Shown: positions 1-11,500 of the stretch, in pieces
How the letters are laid out: each line of letters starts with the position of its first letter
How positions within the stretch are numbered: position 1 is the stretch's first letter
NCBI GenBank assembly: GCA_965205485.1
Contig: OZ242180.1
Location: 4,224,001-4,288,000, forward strand
Origin: Candidatus Latescibacterota bacterium
GTDB lineage: Bacteria; Latescibacterota; UBA2968; GCA-2709665
Length of the DNA stretch: 64,000 nucleotides
Reading direction: 5' to 3'
Position numbers and translations under genes: made by a program
The notes under the pieces: generated by a model
Told to the model about the DNA's origin: nothing
The model's input: the letters and a program-made list of their open reading frames with translations, nothing else
Database searches by the model: none

Positions 1-10
1 GGCGAAAAGA

Positions 11-90
11 CGAAAAACGAGACGACCGAAAACTAAACGCGAATAAACCGGAAAACGAAACGGCGAAAAACGAGACGACTGAAAACTAAA
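11..90. repeat. Two 27-bp direct repeats (CGAAAAACGAGACGACYGAAAACTAAA) with a 53-bp period, in a CGAAA-rich tract at the window edge
   Basis: Copies at 11-37 and 64-90 differ at one base. The intervening sequence is also rich in CGAAA units. Confidence 0.8.
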
Positions 91-207
91 TACGAAATCA
101 GTGGCTGAGGTCAATTGCCACAAGAGGCCCAAAACCATAATGTTGTGCGTCCGCCTGGCGATGCAACGATTTTCATCACTATGGGTGCCCTATGCGGGGC
201 GTGACAA

Positions 208-227
208 CTGTTTTAAAATTACCGGTG
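208..227. repeat. Solo fragment of the MITE terminus
   Basis: CTGTTTTAAAATTACCGGTG closely matches the reverse complement of the right end of MITE copies 1 and 4 and the left end of copy 2. No second arm was found nearby. Confidence 0.6.
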
Positions 228-352
228 TTCGAATTCCGGCGCGATGCTTGACTTAAGCAATTTCGATACCGAAATTCTGAACGACCCGAGAAAGAACAAG
301 ACCCGCACGGCCCACACCTTTTCGGGTACCTTGTGCCCGATGGTGTACCACC

Positions 353-1729
353 GTGTCCTCACCCGTCGAGCGTTCTTCGATGCCGATCGACCTCCGGTTT
401 CTGGATTCAGGCAAGGCCATCCGGGATCCCATCTGGGGACACATCCACATTCCCGAATACATGATCCCGCTGGTCGACGCCGAAGAATTCCAGCGTCTTC
501 GTGACATCTCCCAGCTTGGCCACGTGCTCCTGGTGTATCCCGGGGCGCGCCATTCCCGGTTCGAGCACTCGCTGGGCGTCTTCCATATTGCAGGACAGTT
601 TCTTCGCCGGCTTGTCCTGGCGGATCCGCCTCCGGACATCAATCTCGAAGACGCACGCGTTCTGCTGGCGGCCAGCCTGCTCCACGACATCGGCCACTAC
701 CCGTTCTGCCACGTTTTCGAAGAAATGCAGATGTTTTTCGCCGACCACGAGGAACGCGGCCGCCAGATTATCCTGGATTCTTCCACGGAAGTCAACGCCG
801 CACTGCAGAGGGCGGAGACGGACCCCCTTCGGGTGGCCAACGTGATCGACTACCGCAACAACAGCGTGGCGGTGCCCGATGCCGACCTGCGCCTGGCGCA
901 TATTCTCAGCGGCACGCTGGATCCCGATAAGATCGATTACCTTCTTAGAGATGCGCGCTACTGCGGGGTGCCCTTCGGCGAATCCGTCAATCGCGACCGT
1001 TTATTGGGCTCGATCACGTTCGATCCGGGCGGACAGCGGCCCGCGATCACCTACAAGGGCGTCTCGGCGGTTGAAGCACTCATATTCACGAGTTATCTGA
1101 TGTATCGCAACGTCTACTGGCACCACGCCGTTCGTTCCGCCAACGCGATGTTCAAACGTGGGGTCCAGGATCTGCTGCTTCACCCGGAAACAAGCCTCGG
1201 CGAAGGAGACTTCAACCGGGCGACGGAAGCAGACCTGATTCATCGCCTGGAACTGGAGATGGATCGGTTGGGTATCGATCAGCGAAACAGCATGATCGGG
1301 CGTCTGAAACGCCGCAAACTCCACAAGGTTGCTCGAATCTTCTTCCCTCATGAGAGGGAAACGGGCCTGACTGCCAAACTCGAGAGGCTTTATTACCACC
1401 CGGTCGAACGGCGGCAGCTGGAAATCGATATGTGCGGAACGTTCGGCGCGAAAACCGGGCTCAGACTCAACGGCGACGAGATTCTGATCGATATCCCACG
1501 GCTCGGGAAGAGCCCCGAGGTCAACCTGAACGTCTACTTCGGATCCCACATCCCCCTTGACAAGGCCGACCCCCTCCGGTTCGACGATCCGGAAGTCTCT
1601 ATGCTCAAGGAGTACCTGATCGGCAACTTTGAGACGCAGGCAAAGGTCGTACGTGTCTTCTGCGACGACCGCCCGACGCTCAGAAAAGCACTTAAGGCGG
1701 AGGTGATCGACCACATCAAGTCGGCTTAG
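353..1729 (+). CDS. HD-domain phosphohydrolase (SAMHD1/dNTP triphosphohydrolase-like); alternative start ATG 380
   Basis: Motifs RDPIWGHI, FQRLRDISQLG, HSRFEHSLG, LLHDIGHYPFCH, DPDKIDYLLRD, MYRNVYWH. Confidence 0.88.
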   Translation: MSSPVERSSMPIDLRFLDSGKAIRDPIWGHIHIPEYMIPLVDAEEFQRLRDISQLGHVLLVYPGARHSRFEHSLGVFHIAGQFLRRLVLADPPPDINLEDARVLLAASLLHDIGHYPFCHVFEEMQMFFADHEERGRQIILDSSTEVNAALQRAETDPLRVANVIDYRNNSVAVPDADLRLAHILSGTLDPDKIDYLLRDARYCGVPFGESVNRDRLLGSITFDPGGQRPAITYKGVSAVEALIFTSYLMYRNVYWHHAVRSANAMFKRGVQDLLLHPETSLGEGDFNRATEADLIHRLELEMDRLGIDQRNSMIGRLKRRKLHKVARIFFPHERETGLTAKLERLYYHPVERRQLEIDMCGTFGAKTGLRLNGDEILIDIPRLGKSPEVNLNVYFGSHIPLDKADPLRFDDPEVSMLKEYLIGNFETQAKVVRVFCDDRPTLRKALKAEVIDHIKSA

Positions 1730-1754
1730 CGAAAGTTGCGCCTCCAGTTTAGCC

Positions 1755-1784
1755 TTGACACAAACCGGCAAAAGTTCTTAATAT
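1755..1784 (+). promoter_or_regulatory. Putative sigma70 promoter for the M23 gene
   Basis: TTGACA at 1755-1760, then TAATAT at 1779-1784 (18-bp spacer). Confidence 0.5.
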
Positions 1785-1857
1785 TCAGACTGCCAGGCTA
1801 AAGTTCAGACGCAAACTGTCTCTTAGCGGAAAATACCGATCAGGAAAGGCGCCGTCT

Positions 1858-2832
1858 ATGTGGAAGAGAAAACTGACGCTGATGGTCATACCCCACAATA
1901 GAGATCAGATGCGCCAGGTCAGGGCCTCTCGCCCCACCGTTTGGGGGCTTGGGGCCGGTTTGCTGTTTGGGTGTCTTGCCCTCGCCGTCGTCTTCTATGC
2001 ATTGGGCTATTTCGTAAACCGACATCAGGAGGCGAATCTCCTGGCGTTGACGTCCGAGAATTCCGTGCTCAGGAATCAAGTCAGCCGGCTGCAGCAAAAA
2101 GTGGAAGGATTGCGGAAAGACGTAAACGACCTTACCGATATGGACCGAATGTTCCGCAACTGGGTCAATCTGTCCGAACCGGGCGACGAGGTGCGGAAGA
2201 TGGGCGTGGGCGGATACGGCACGAGTGCGCCGGAGTGGGAAGGCCGGGTAACCGGAGACATCGGCGAGAGGTTGACGAGGGCAAATACCGATGTGGACCA
2301 GCTCTTGCGAGAAGCCCGTTTTCTCGAAGCCAGTTTCGAGCATATCCGCTCAATCCTCGATCAGAACGAGATCGCGCGCCTGCATACCCCTTCTATTCTT
2401 CCGGTACCCCCGGAGTCCGGATGCTGGATTTCTTCGGGATTCGGCTATCGGACCAATCCCTTTACCGGCGCCAGGCAGTTTCATAAAGGAATCGACATTG
2501 CCGGTCGGTCCGGCACGAAAATTCTGGCCACGGCCAACGGCCGGGTGGAGTCCGTCGGCAAAGACAGGTATCTCGGCTGGTATATATCGGTCGACCACGG
2601 CATGGACTACCGGACGCTGTACGCCCATCTCTTGAAGAAACCGTCGCTTGGCGTGGGTCAGGTCGTGAAACGCGGGCAGGTGGTTGGCAGAATGGGAAGA
2701 TCCGGGCGTGCGACGGCGCCGCATCTGCATTATGCCGTGACGAAGAGGAACGGGGACGAGGAACACCCGATGAATCCGCGAAAATTCATTCACAACCAAG
2801 AGAACCGGAGGCATCGTCTGACGCGATTCTAG
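1858..2832 (+). CDS. M23 family metallopeptidase (TM anchor, coiled coil, LytM-like domain)
   Basis: ISSGFGYRTNPF, HKGID (HxxxD), YAHL and HLHY (HxH) motifs; N-terminal hydrophobic helix. Confidence 0.92.
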   Translation: MWKRKLTLMVIPHNRDQMRQVRASRPTVWGLGAGLLFGCLALAVVFYALGYFVNRHQEANLLALTSENSVLRNQVSRLQQKVEGLRKDVNDLTDMDRMFRNWVNLSEPGDEVRKMGVGGYGTSAPEWEGRVTGDIGERLTRANTDVDQLLREARFLEASFEHIRSILDQNEIARLHTPSILPVPPESGCWISSGFGYRTNPFTGARQFHKGIDIAGRSGTKILATANGRVESVGKDRYLGWYISVDHGMDYRTLYAHLLKKPSLGVGQVVKRGQVVGRMGRSGRATAPHLHYAVTKRNGDEEHPMNPRKFIHNQENRRHRLTRF

Positions 2833-2857
2833 GGCTTTGCTCCAGTGTGAATCCCAT

Positions 2858-2887
2858 AAAAGGACGCATCGACGCTGCGTCCTTTTT
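2858..2887. terminator. Bidirectional intrinsic terminator between the convergent M23 gene and lptG
   Basis: AAAAGGACGCA-loop-TGCGTCCTTTTT hairpin with A and T tracts on either side. Confidence 0.8.
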
Positions 2888-2914
2888 CTCATGGCGGGCC
2901 AGGCGCCCGGCCAT

Positions 2915-3985
2915 CTACCTTCGGGTCCGGATCAGAAGGACCGCGGCCAGACTCGAAAACAGGAAATTGGCGGCCCACGCGCTTGGAAATGGCGGCAGGA
3001 TTCCGTTCCAGCCCATGACCCGGCCTGCCTGAATGCTGCCATAATAGACAAACGAGATGAGCAGACAGATTCCTACAAGAAGAGGCTTGCCCGCGCGCCG
3101 GGTACGGGAAGAGAGTGAAATACCGAATAGTGCCATGACAAACCCGGTGAATGGAAACGAAACGCGCATGTAACGCGTGACCTGTACACGAACGACGTCA
3201 TCGCCCATTCGCCGCTTCCGCTGTATGAGCGCGGTGAGTTCGGAAAAACTCAGTTCATCCGCAGAACGAACGTCCCGGCTGAGATCTTCGGGTGTGAGGG
3301 TGACATGGCGCGCCGGCATTGACATGAACCGGGTTACCCGTTCTCCACTGCCTTCCGAAAACCTTCTCACTTCGCCACGCAGAAACGTCCATCCCCCGCT
3401 TTGCCACCGCATTTCCTCCGCACGCAACTTTTCGACCAGGCGCATCCCCTTATACCTGTCCAGCGTCACCTGCTCCCCACGCGCTTCATTGCGGAAATAG
3501 GTGCCAACGGAGAGAATCTGTCCGTCGACGTCCTGAAGGACAACCTGGGACACGATAGGTGTAAAGACGGCCCGACGGTTGCCCTCGACAATCGCCGCAC
3601 GTTTACGGTTTGCCCCGGGCATGATCCGGTCGGTCAGAAAGAACGAAGCAGTACACACGAAGAGAGCGGCCCCCAGAACGGGGGCCGCGATGCTGTAGAG
3701 AGAGATGCCCGCGGATTTCATGGCGGCAAGTTCGCCGAAGCGCGCGAGATTGCCAAAACAGAAAAGGCTGGCCAGCAACATCGCCATCGGCAAGATAAGG
3801 ATGCCCATATAGGGAGTGGAGAGCGCGTAGTACAGGAGTATCGTGCCGCCGTTCACGCCGCTGTCTATAAAGCCGCTGAGCCTGCCGGCGAGGTCCACAA
3901 CGACGAAAACGGCCAGAAATCCTGAAAAACACAGAGCCAGGTATACGAGGAACTGTTTCTGTACGTATCGACTCAGGATGCGCAA
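2915..3985 (-). CDS. lptG: LPS export ABC transporter permease LptG (start reassigned to TTG 3985)
   Basis: N-terminus (M)RILSRY after a GAGGGGGAG RBS; ELAAMKSAGISL motif; C-terminal AWAANFLF; overlaps the 3' end of lptF. Confidence 0.85.
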   Translation of the reverse strand: MRILSRYVQKQFLVYLALCFSGFLAVFVVVDLAGRLSGFIDSGVNGGTILLYYALSTPYMGILILPMAMLLASLFCFGNLARFGELAAMKSAGISLYSIAAPVLGAALFVCTASFFLTDRIMPGANRKRAAIVEGNRRAVFTPIVSQVVLQDVDGQILSVGTYFRNEARGEQVTLDRYKGMRLVEKLRAEEMRWQSGGWTFLRGEVRRFSEGSGERVTRFMSMPARHVTLTPEDLSRDVRSADELSFSELTALIQRKRRMGDDVVRVQVTRYMRVSFPFTGFVMALFGISLSSRTRRAGKPLLVGICLLISFVYYGSIQAGRVMGWNGILPPFPSAWAANFLFSSLAAVLLIRTRR

Positions 3986-5271
3986 GGTCTCCCCCTCGAC
4001 CGACCGAAACGCCACCCGAGCACCGTTCCGAATACGAGCCATGAACCGCTGGCGAGTACGATGAAATTGGGGCTCCACATGGCAACCCACGGCGAAACAA
4101 ATCCGCGATCGGCCAGCGTCTCCCCGCTGATCAGACAGAGCCACCAGAGAAGAAAGAACCCGATGCTGATTCCTGCCCCGACAGCCGGACTGCTCCCCCG
4201 TACCCGGATCCCGAGCGGGGCGCCAATGACAACGAAGACAATACATGCAACGGGAATCGAGATTTTTTTGTGGATCTCTACCCGGTACCGATCCGCCTGA
4301 CGAAGTTTGTGACTTCCAATCGCGGCGTCGGTTCGCAGTTTCATGGCCAGATCCGTGACGACTCCAAAGGGCCGGCGTTCGGTACCGGGCCCGAAAAGCA
4401 GCCGCCCCAGAGCGGCGCCTGCACTGTCAGCAGCTTCGGCCTGCAATGCGGACGCATCCCGCTGGTACCCTTTGACCTTTTCCATCATCGCATCCAATCC
4501 CATCTCCCTGTCCGTCCGGTAGTGCGACATGGTGCGAATGAGTTGCCGGCCGGCTTCACCGAGGCGCAGGTTTTTTCTCTTGAAACGCGCTCTGATATAG
4601 ACGCCTGGGTCGGCCCTGTCCACCCGATGCCATTCACCGTTCTCCAGCGTCACCAGCGCCTCGTCACTCTCGCTGTCAATTCGAACCCGGCCGGTTTCGG
4701 CCGCAATGGATACCGGATACCCGCCCGCTTCGTACTTGTAAATCAGGATATCCTTGAGAATCGAAGTCCGGCTGTCGATATCACCGATAAGAATCCTGTA
4801 ATTCGCGAAATCCTGAATGAAGATACCGCTCCGATCCTCCAGAGCCACCGTGGGGCGCTTTCGCTGAATGTCTCCCATCAACAAACGCGCCCGATAGTTG
4901 AATTCAGGCAGTACCCGGTCGTTGAAGACAACCAGCCCGATCGCGAGCGTTGTACCGGTCAGGAATACCGGCAGTATCACGCGGTAGACGCCGATTCCAA
5001 GCGCCTGCACGGCCGAAATCTCCCCGTCGGCGCTGAGCCGGCCGAAGGCCATCAGCGTGGCGACAAGTACCGCCATTGGGACTGCCAGAGCAATCATCCA
5101 CGCGGTATTCAACAGAAACAGCTCCAGGACGACACCCGGTGCGATGCCCTTTCCAAGTATCAGGTCCATCTTCTGCAGGATGAGGTCAACGACCAGGAGA
5201 AACATGATCACGGAGAAACCGAACGCAAACGGCACGACATGCTCTCTCAACACGTACCTGGACAGCACCAT
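3973..5271 (-). CDS. lptF: LPS export ABC transporter permease LptF
   Basis: MVLSRYVLRE, FGRLSADGEI, EIHKKISIP and AMWSPN motifs of the LptF/LptG (YjgP/Q) family. Confidence 0.85.
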   Translation of the reverse strand: MVLSRYVLREHVVPFAFGFSVIMFLLVVDLILQKMDLILGKGIAPGVVLELFLLNTAWMIALAVPMAVLVATLMAFGRLSADGEISAVQALGIGVYRVILPVFLTGTTLAIGLVVFNDRVLPEFNYRARLLMGDIQRKRPTVALEDRSGIFIQDFANYRILIGDIDSRTSILKDILIYKYEAGGYPVSIAAETGRVRIDSESDEALVTLENGEWHRVDRADPGVYIRARFKRKNLRLGEAGRQLIRTMSHYRTDREMGLDAMMEKVKGYQRDASALQAEAADSAGAALGRLLFGPGTERRPFGVVTDLAMKLRTDAAIGSHKLRQADRYRVEIHKKISIPVACIVFVVIGAPLGIRVRGSSPAVGAGISIGFFLLWWLCLISGETLADRGFVSPWVAMWSPNFIVLASGSWLVFGTVLGWRFGRSRGRPCAS

Positions 5272-5464
5272 GCCCCATCTCCATGGAACCGTGTGTTTTC
5301 AAAAGAGTTAAAGATCATGACACGCAACGACGCAAGAATATACCTGAATTTCCCTCATTCGGTAGCTCTTTCTGGACCCATCACCTGTCCGGCATGTCTA
5401 TTTTTCTCCTTAAATAACTGTTTTTTAATTTCTTATCTATGAATTATCCCGTTCGGGTTTTCCC

Positions 5465-5493
5465 TTGATCTTTATCACGGGGTTCGGTATTAT
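5465..5493 (+). promoter_or_regulatory. Putative sigma70 promoter for the sprA operon
   Basis: TTGATC, 17-bp spacer, TATTAT, in the AT-rich lptF/sprA intergenic region. Confidence 0.55.
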
Positions 5494-5522
5494 TAGTTTG
5501 ACTCCGTACTCCTGACCACGAC

Positions 5523-8500
5523 GTGCCGGGCCGTCCTCGACCAAGCCGTTCCTATTCACGCATGCAGATCCCATATATCTCCAAAGAATCCCAACGGGGA
5601 ACCACCCACCCGATTCCCGCGATCCTCGCCATTGTGCTCAGCACGAGTCTTTTGTCCGGTTCGGACAAGCTCCATGCCGAACCGGGCATTCAACTCTCAT
5701 TCGGAAGAACACCCGCGCACGTCTTTCATCGTTCCCCGGCCAAACTGACGTATTCCCGTTCCACCGCCTTTCAGCCTCTCTTTCGACAGCGGCGGCAGTT
5801 CACCCAGACGGTCACCCGACTGCTCAACACGGAGACGGGTACCCTCATGGTGTATCGCGCCGCGGGTGAAGTCGTTCATGGCATTCCGGCGGTCATCACC
5901 ATTAAGGGTCTGACCGCATACAAATTCGACGCCGACTTTCGTCGCGTGGTTGCGGAAAAACTCAGTCTTCCCGTGCAAACTCGCCGGGGTATGGGCGGGG
6001 CGCTCGTGGATATCAAGATACCCGTCAAGGTGCCCAAGGCATTGAGTGTCATTGCGGGTGAAGGCGACACCAATATCAAGATCACCGGATCGCGGCGTAT
6101 CGATCTGTCAGGGGTGAATACGACCGTGGGCGGACAGGCACAGACCGTTCGCGCGCGGGCAGCCGAGGGATTTACCGTCAATTTCGAGCAGGAATCCCAG
6201 TTAAACGTTCAGGGCACGATTGGCGACCGTATTTCGCTGAATCTGCAACAGGACAGCCGCGGCCAGACGGATATCAGCGAGTCCCTTCAATTTCGCTACG
6301 ATGGGGACGAGGACGATATCATCCAGGAGATCGAGGCGGGCCGTACCTCCCTCAGTCTGCCGGGTACCCGCCTGGTCGGCTTCAGCTCATCCAACCGAAG
6401 CGGTCTGTTTGGCATCAAGGGTCGCGGGCGCCTGGGGGGATTGGATGTAACGGTGGTCACCAGCCACGACCGTGGCGCCAGCAACCGGAAATCGTTCCAG
6501 GGTCAGGCGGAGGAGATTGCACATAGAATCAGGGACTACGATTACGAAGAAAACCGTTACTTCTTTCTCGACCAGGTATATCGAAGGAGTTTCCCCGACG
6601 AACCCGCTCGACCGGATCTCGTGGACATCAACTCCGTCCGGGTTTTTCTTAACGACTTCAACGATCGCAATGATATTGAACAGCGAGCAGGCCGCGGAAT
6701 CGCCTACGCATTCTGGAGTGGCGAAACGACTCCGGAGCCCGATGCCGGTGTGGATGGCGCACAGAGCGGAGGCATCGAAGAGGGGTTTTTTCACGAATTG
6801 GACCGCTCCGAATTTCTGGTTGACGCCAGAGGCTATTTGATCATGACCGTCGGGAGAGTCCTGCGAAGTCACACGCTTGCCGTTGCGTACCGGACGGCCG
6901 ACGGCCGGGTCTTCGGCGACCTCAATTTCATCCAGAATCCCTCAAACCCGGAAGCGAAAATCAGGCTGAAACTCATACACGCCCGCCAGCAAAGGCCGGA
7001 ATTTCCAACATGGGACCTGGCGTGGCGAAACGTGTATTTCCTGGGAAACCGCGACATCGCGCCCGAGGGATTCGAACTGGAGATCCTCAGAGACGTGCCC
7101 GGCCAGGAAGCGGTGGACAACCAGGGCGGCACCCCCTACCTTCAAATCTTCGGACTGGACAGGCACACGAACGGCGCCTCGGAATCCTCTCCTCCCGACA
7201 ACCTTATCGACATCGACGGAGGCACGAATCTGCCCGGACTCAATCTACTGACCGGCCACCTTGTATTTCCCGACCTCGAGCCATTTGGCGAACGCGGTGT
7301 CGGCGCAGAGACGCTGGCGGACGACGCCCGCGTGCCCGAGATCTACAACACGACCAACAACACCACCCGCGCCCAGAAAGGACAATATTTCCTGCGAATC
7401 CGATCGCAGAGCAGGGCCACCACATTCCAACTGGGATTCGGCCTGATCGAAAACAGCGAGGAAGTGCTGTTGAATAATCGGCGGCTGACCCGCGGCCGGG
7501 ACTACAACATCAGTTATGAGCTCGGTACGATCGAGCTGATCGGGGAGGCCGCGGACCTCGCGGCCGACCCTTCCGCCAGCCTGATCATCAACTACGGTTC
7601 CAAGAGCCAGTTCGGTCTGGGCGGCGGGCAGAAGAGTCTTCTTGGCATCCGGGCGGAGCACCCGTTCAAAGACAACGTCTCCATGGTGGGAGTGAGCCTT
7701 CTCTACGGCAGCGAGAGCGCAACCAGGCAACGGATCCGCGTGGGCGAAGAGCCTGCGCGAACCCTGATCTGGGATATGAACGGCCGGTTCCGCTTCAAGC
7801 CGCAAATCCTGACCGACTTCGCCAACAGGCTGCCGTTTGTCTCCACCCAGGCGCCATCGGCGCTGAACGTCGACATGGAAATTGCCCAGAGCCTTCCCAA
7901 CCCGAATACGAAGAACGTCGCGTACATCGATGACTTCGAAGGCGCCGAAAGCAGGAAGTCGTTTTCGACGTTTAAGTTCGACTGGTCCGCCGGAAGCTCC
8001 CCAACCCGGAACGGACTCCCGCTCTCGATGCCGAGGGGACGCCTCACCTGGTACAATCTGGTGGACCGGGACCGCATAACCATCTACGAGATTCAGCCGA
8101 GCCGCGACGATATTCCCGTGGAAAGCAGTATCATCGACGATGTTCTCAGTGTCCGATTCGAGCCGCACCGCACCAACGGCTTTCCTGAGACATCCAGAAA
8201 CCCGGCCGGAGGCCTGCCGGAAAACTCCTGGGCCGGCATTACGAGTTACCTGTACGGCATGGACTTCTCGCGGTCCAAGTTCATCGAGCTCTGGGTCAGG
8301 GGGAATGCCGGCCGGCTGCATATCGATCTGGGCGAGATCTCCGAGCGCGCGGACCTGCTGCTCGATCACGCGACCTTCAATCCGCCGCCTGCCGGGCAGT
8401 TTCGAACCGAAGACCGTCCTCTTCCCGGTTTTCCCACGGGCGATGACGTGGCCATACCGGAAGAGGACATCGGCCTTGACGGCCTGACCGATGCCCAGGA

Positions 8501-11500
8501 AGATTCGGTCTTTCGCCTGATCTACCCCGGCGTGACCGTACCCGACGATCCGTCCGATGACAACTTCAAGGACGTGGACGACGACCAGGAGGACCTTCGT
8601 TTCCGGTACCCGGCAGGCATAAATGGTACCCAGAACAACAATTCCGAGCGTGAACAAAGACCCGACTCCGAAGACCTCAACCGCAACGGCATCCTGGACA
8701 CGCGCAACCATTACCTGCAATACGGCGTCGACCTGGCGTCCGATCGGGGCTGGAACCCGATGACGGGCGAGTATGACGGCCCTTCCGTTCTCGTCGTCGG
8801 CAGCCAGTCCGATCCTTCCGACAGGCCCTGGAGGCTGTTGCGCATTCCTCTGCGCGGCAGCAATGCGCCTCGCACGGTCGAAGGCAATCCGGATACCACT
8901 TTTGCCGGCGTGTTTGATTTCGCGCGAGTCTGGATCGAACACGACGATACAACCTCCCTCGACATCTACACGATTGCCGCCGTAGGAAGCGACTGGCTCG
9001 AAGATGAAACCCCCGAGGGACATCAGTCGGGTGACTTCAAGGTAGCCACGATCGGCACCGACAATCAGGTCTACGAAATTCCGCCCGGACTCGAACGTGA
9101 GATCGATCCCCAGACGGGAAGGCAACTTCTCGAACGGTCTCTCGTTCTCCGGTTTGAAGACCTCTTCCCCGGTGAGAGCGTGTCGGCGTCGCGAACCTTT
9201 ACCGAGGGCGAGAACTATACCCGATACGGTCTGATGACCATGTTCGTTCACGGTGGGAATCCCACGTCACCCACGTACGAGGCCAATTTTCCCGCCGGAC
9301 CCGATTCAGTCGCCGAAAGCTTCAGCCCGATCGAACTCTTCGTGAGGTTTTCACCCATTGGCGAAGACACGCTCAACTTCTATGAGTTCAGGAAGCCCAT
9401 CTACCGGGGTTGGTCTCCGGAAAACAATACATTCAAGATCGAGCTCGATGTGCTGACGCAAATCAAGGCGAAACTCACAGACTTCAAGGCCATCGGGCAG
9501 TCGTCCGACACCCTGAGGATCTCCCTCCCGTCCGGAGAGATCCTGGCCGACTACGACAGCGAAGCCGGTCAGATACGCGCAGGCCTGCACGGCGGAACGT
9601 ATACCGTGCGGGGCAACCCGGCGCTTTCGAAAATCAAGTCATTCGTGGTCGGCGTCAGAAACACGGGAGATTTCCCACTGGAGGGCGAGAACGAAATCTG
9701 GCTGGATGAACTTCGTGTCGATCGAGTCCGCAAGAAAAACGCCGTCTCGATGTTGCTGAATGTTCAGACGACACTGGCGGATTTGGGCAATGTGAGCCTG
9801 AATCTGGAACGAAGGAGCGGCGACTTCCAGGATCTTCAGGGGCGTTCCACGGGCAATTCGACAACGCAGGTCAGCATGAACGGTTCATTCAATCTGAACA
9901 AGTTCCTGCCCGAGAGGTGGAACACCGTCATTCCGGTCCGGTTCAATTACCTCCGGAACGGCTCGGTTCCCCGCATCCGGCAGGGTTCAGACATCGTATT
10001 GACCGAACAGCAGAAGAGCAGGGAGAGCGCGGTCCGCGCTTCCTCACGGTTCAACGTCTCTCTGCGCAAGCGTCCGGCGGCGAGAAACCGACGCTGGGTC
10101 GCCAGACTCTTCTTCGACCGGATCAATGCATCGCTGAACCTCCTGACCAATAACGCTGTCAGCGGCGCGATTACGAGGCGCCGATCCAACAAAGAACATA
10201 ACTTCAACGGGAGCTTCAGCTATGACGTCAGCTGGCCCAGACAGACGGGCGTTAAAATCCTCACCTGGGTCCCGGGGCTGGGTTCCCATTTCGAGGAAGT
10301 CCAGTTCTTCTACCTCCCGTCAACACTTCGCTATAACCTGCGTTTCGACCGGAAGAACATCAACAGGCGCTCCTTCTCCGCCGTCGAAGGCGATACGTCC
10401 GACGTTATCGCGGTGCTGAACGAGACTTTCAACGTCAACGAGAGTTTCGCCATAAAACTGGCTCCGTTTCGGAGCCTGAACGCCAACTATTCCCTCGCAG
10501 TAAACCGCGACCTCCGGAATTCGTTCGACTTCGCAAGGCTGCAGTTCGGCCGCGAGACCACGCGAAATCAGGAGGTGCGTTTCAACTTCACGCCCCGCGT
10601 TTCCAAGTGGCTCAACATCAATTCCGACTACTCCTCCCGCTATCGCGAACGCCTTGAAACCGGGGGCCAGCGTATTTCCATCGGCAACGAACGCAGAGGT
10701 CTGACCGTGGGCAACAACAGCAGCGTTGGTGGCAGGTTCAGCCTGAACCTGCCCGGTCTCTTCCGACCTCTGGCACGTCCGTCGAAAGACCGGACCGGGT
10801 TTTCCGTCATCCGGATGATTGGTAAAATGGGCGGGTCATTGGAAGCCGTCCAGCTCAACGTCAGTCGCAGACGCACATTCAATCTCTTCGGCCTGCGACG
10901 CCGACCCGCGTTGAAGTTCCAGCTCGGGTTCACCGACACCACCAGATCGCTCCGCTACGGATCCGGGGGTGTCACGCGCGTCAACACCAGAAACATCGCC
11001 GATAATGCGATTCTCAAGGGCGGCGTCCGCCTTCCTGCCGGCTTTCGAGGCAGTACCAATCTGACGTTCAATCATACAAGGAATTTTGGTAACGCCAATA
11101 CGGAAGAACAGAAACTGGAATTCCCGGAATTTGGCGTAAACTGGCGCGGCCTTGGTGAACTGCCGGTCTTGAGGTGGTTGTTCACCAGTTCGAGTCTCAG
11201 CTTCAACTACAAGACAAACCGCATCTTCCGGGGCGACGGCGGGCTGGATGACAATGTCCTGACCAGCGATACGCGGAGAACGGAGTTCAGGCCTCTTGTC
11301 GCGTGGCAGGCCCGGTGGAAGAACAGAATGAGCACGAATCTCCGCAGAAACCGCAGTCGCCAGAGCGACCTCAGGTACCAACGCAACGTGGCCACGGACA
11401 CGACCCTGGCGCAGCCGACGCTGGAGGAGCGCCAGATTGGAACGACCATAACAGAAGCGTCCCAGTTCACGGCATCCCTCAGATATTCACTCAGCTCGAA

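Noticed and set aside
1..100. Possible CRISPR array (27-bp repeat, 26-bp spacer)
   Set aside because: Only two units, the spacer shares the same low-complexity CGAAA composition, there is no palindrome, and no cas genes are in the window.
7245..9251. 668-aa antisense ORF within sprA, and similar long antisense ORFs over nuo, suf, lptF and ggt (e.g. 50139-51065)
   Set aside because: These are shadow ORFs expected from GC-rich codon usage, with no motifs, and the opposite strand carries well-supported genes.
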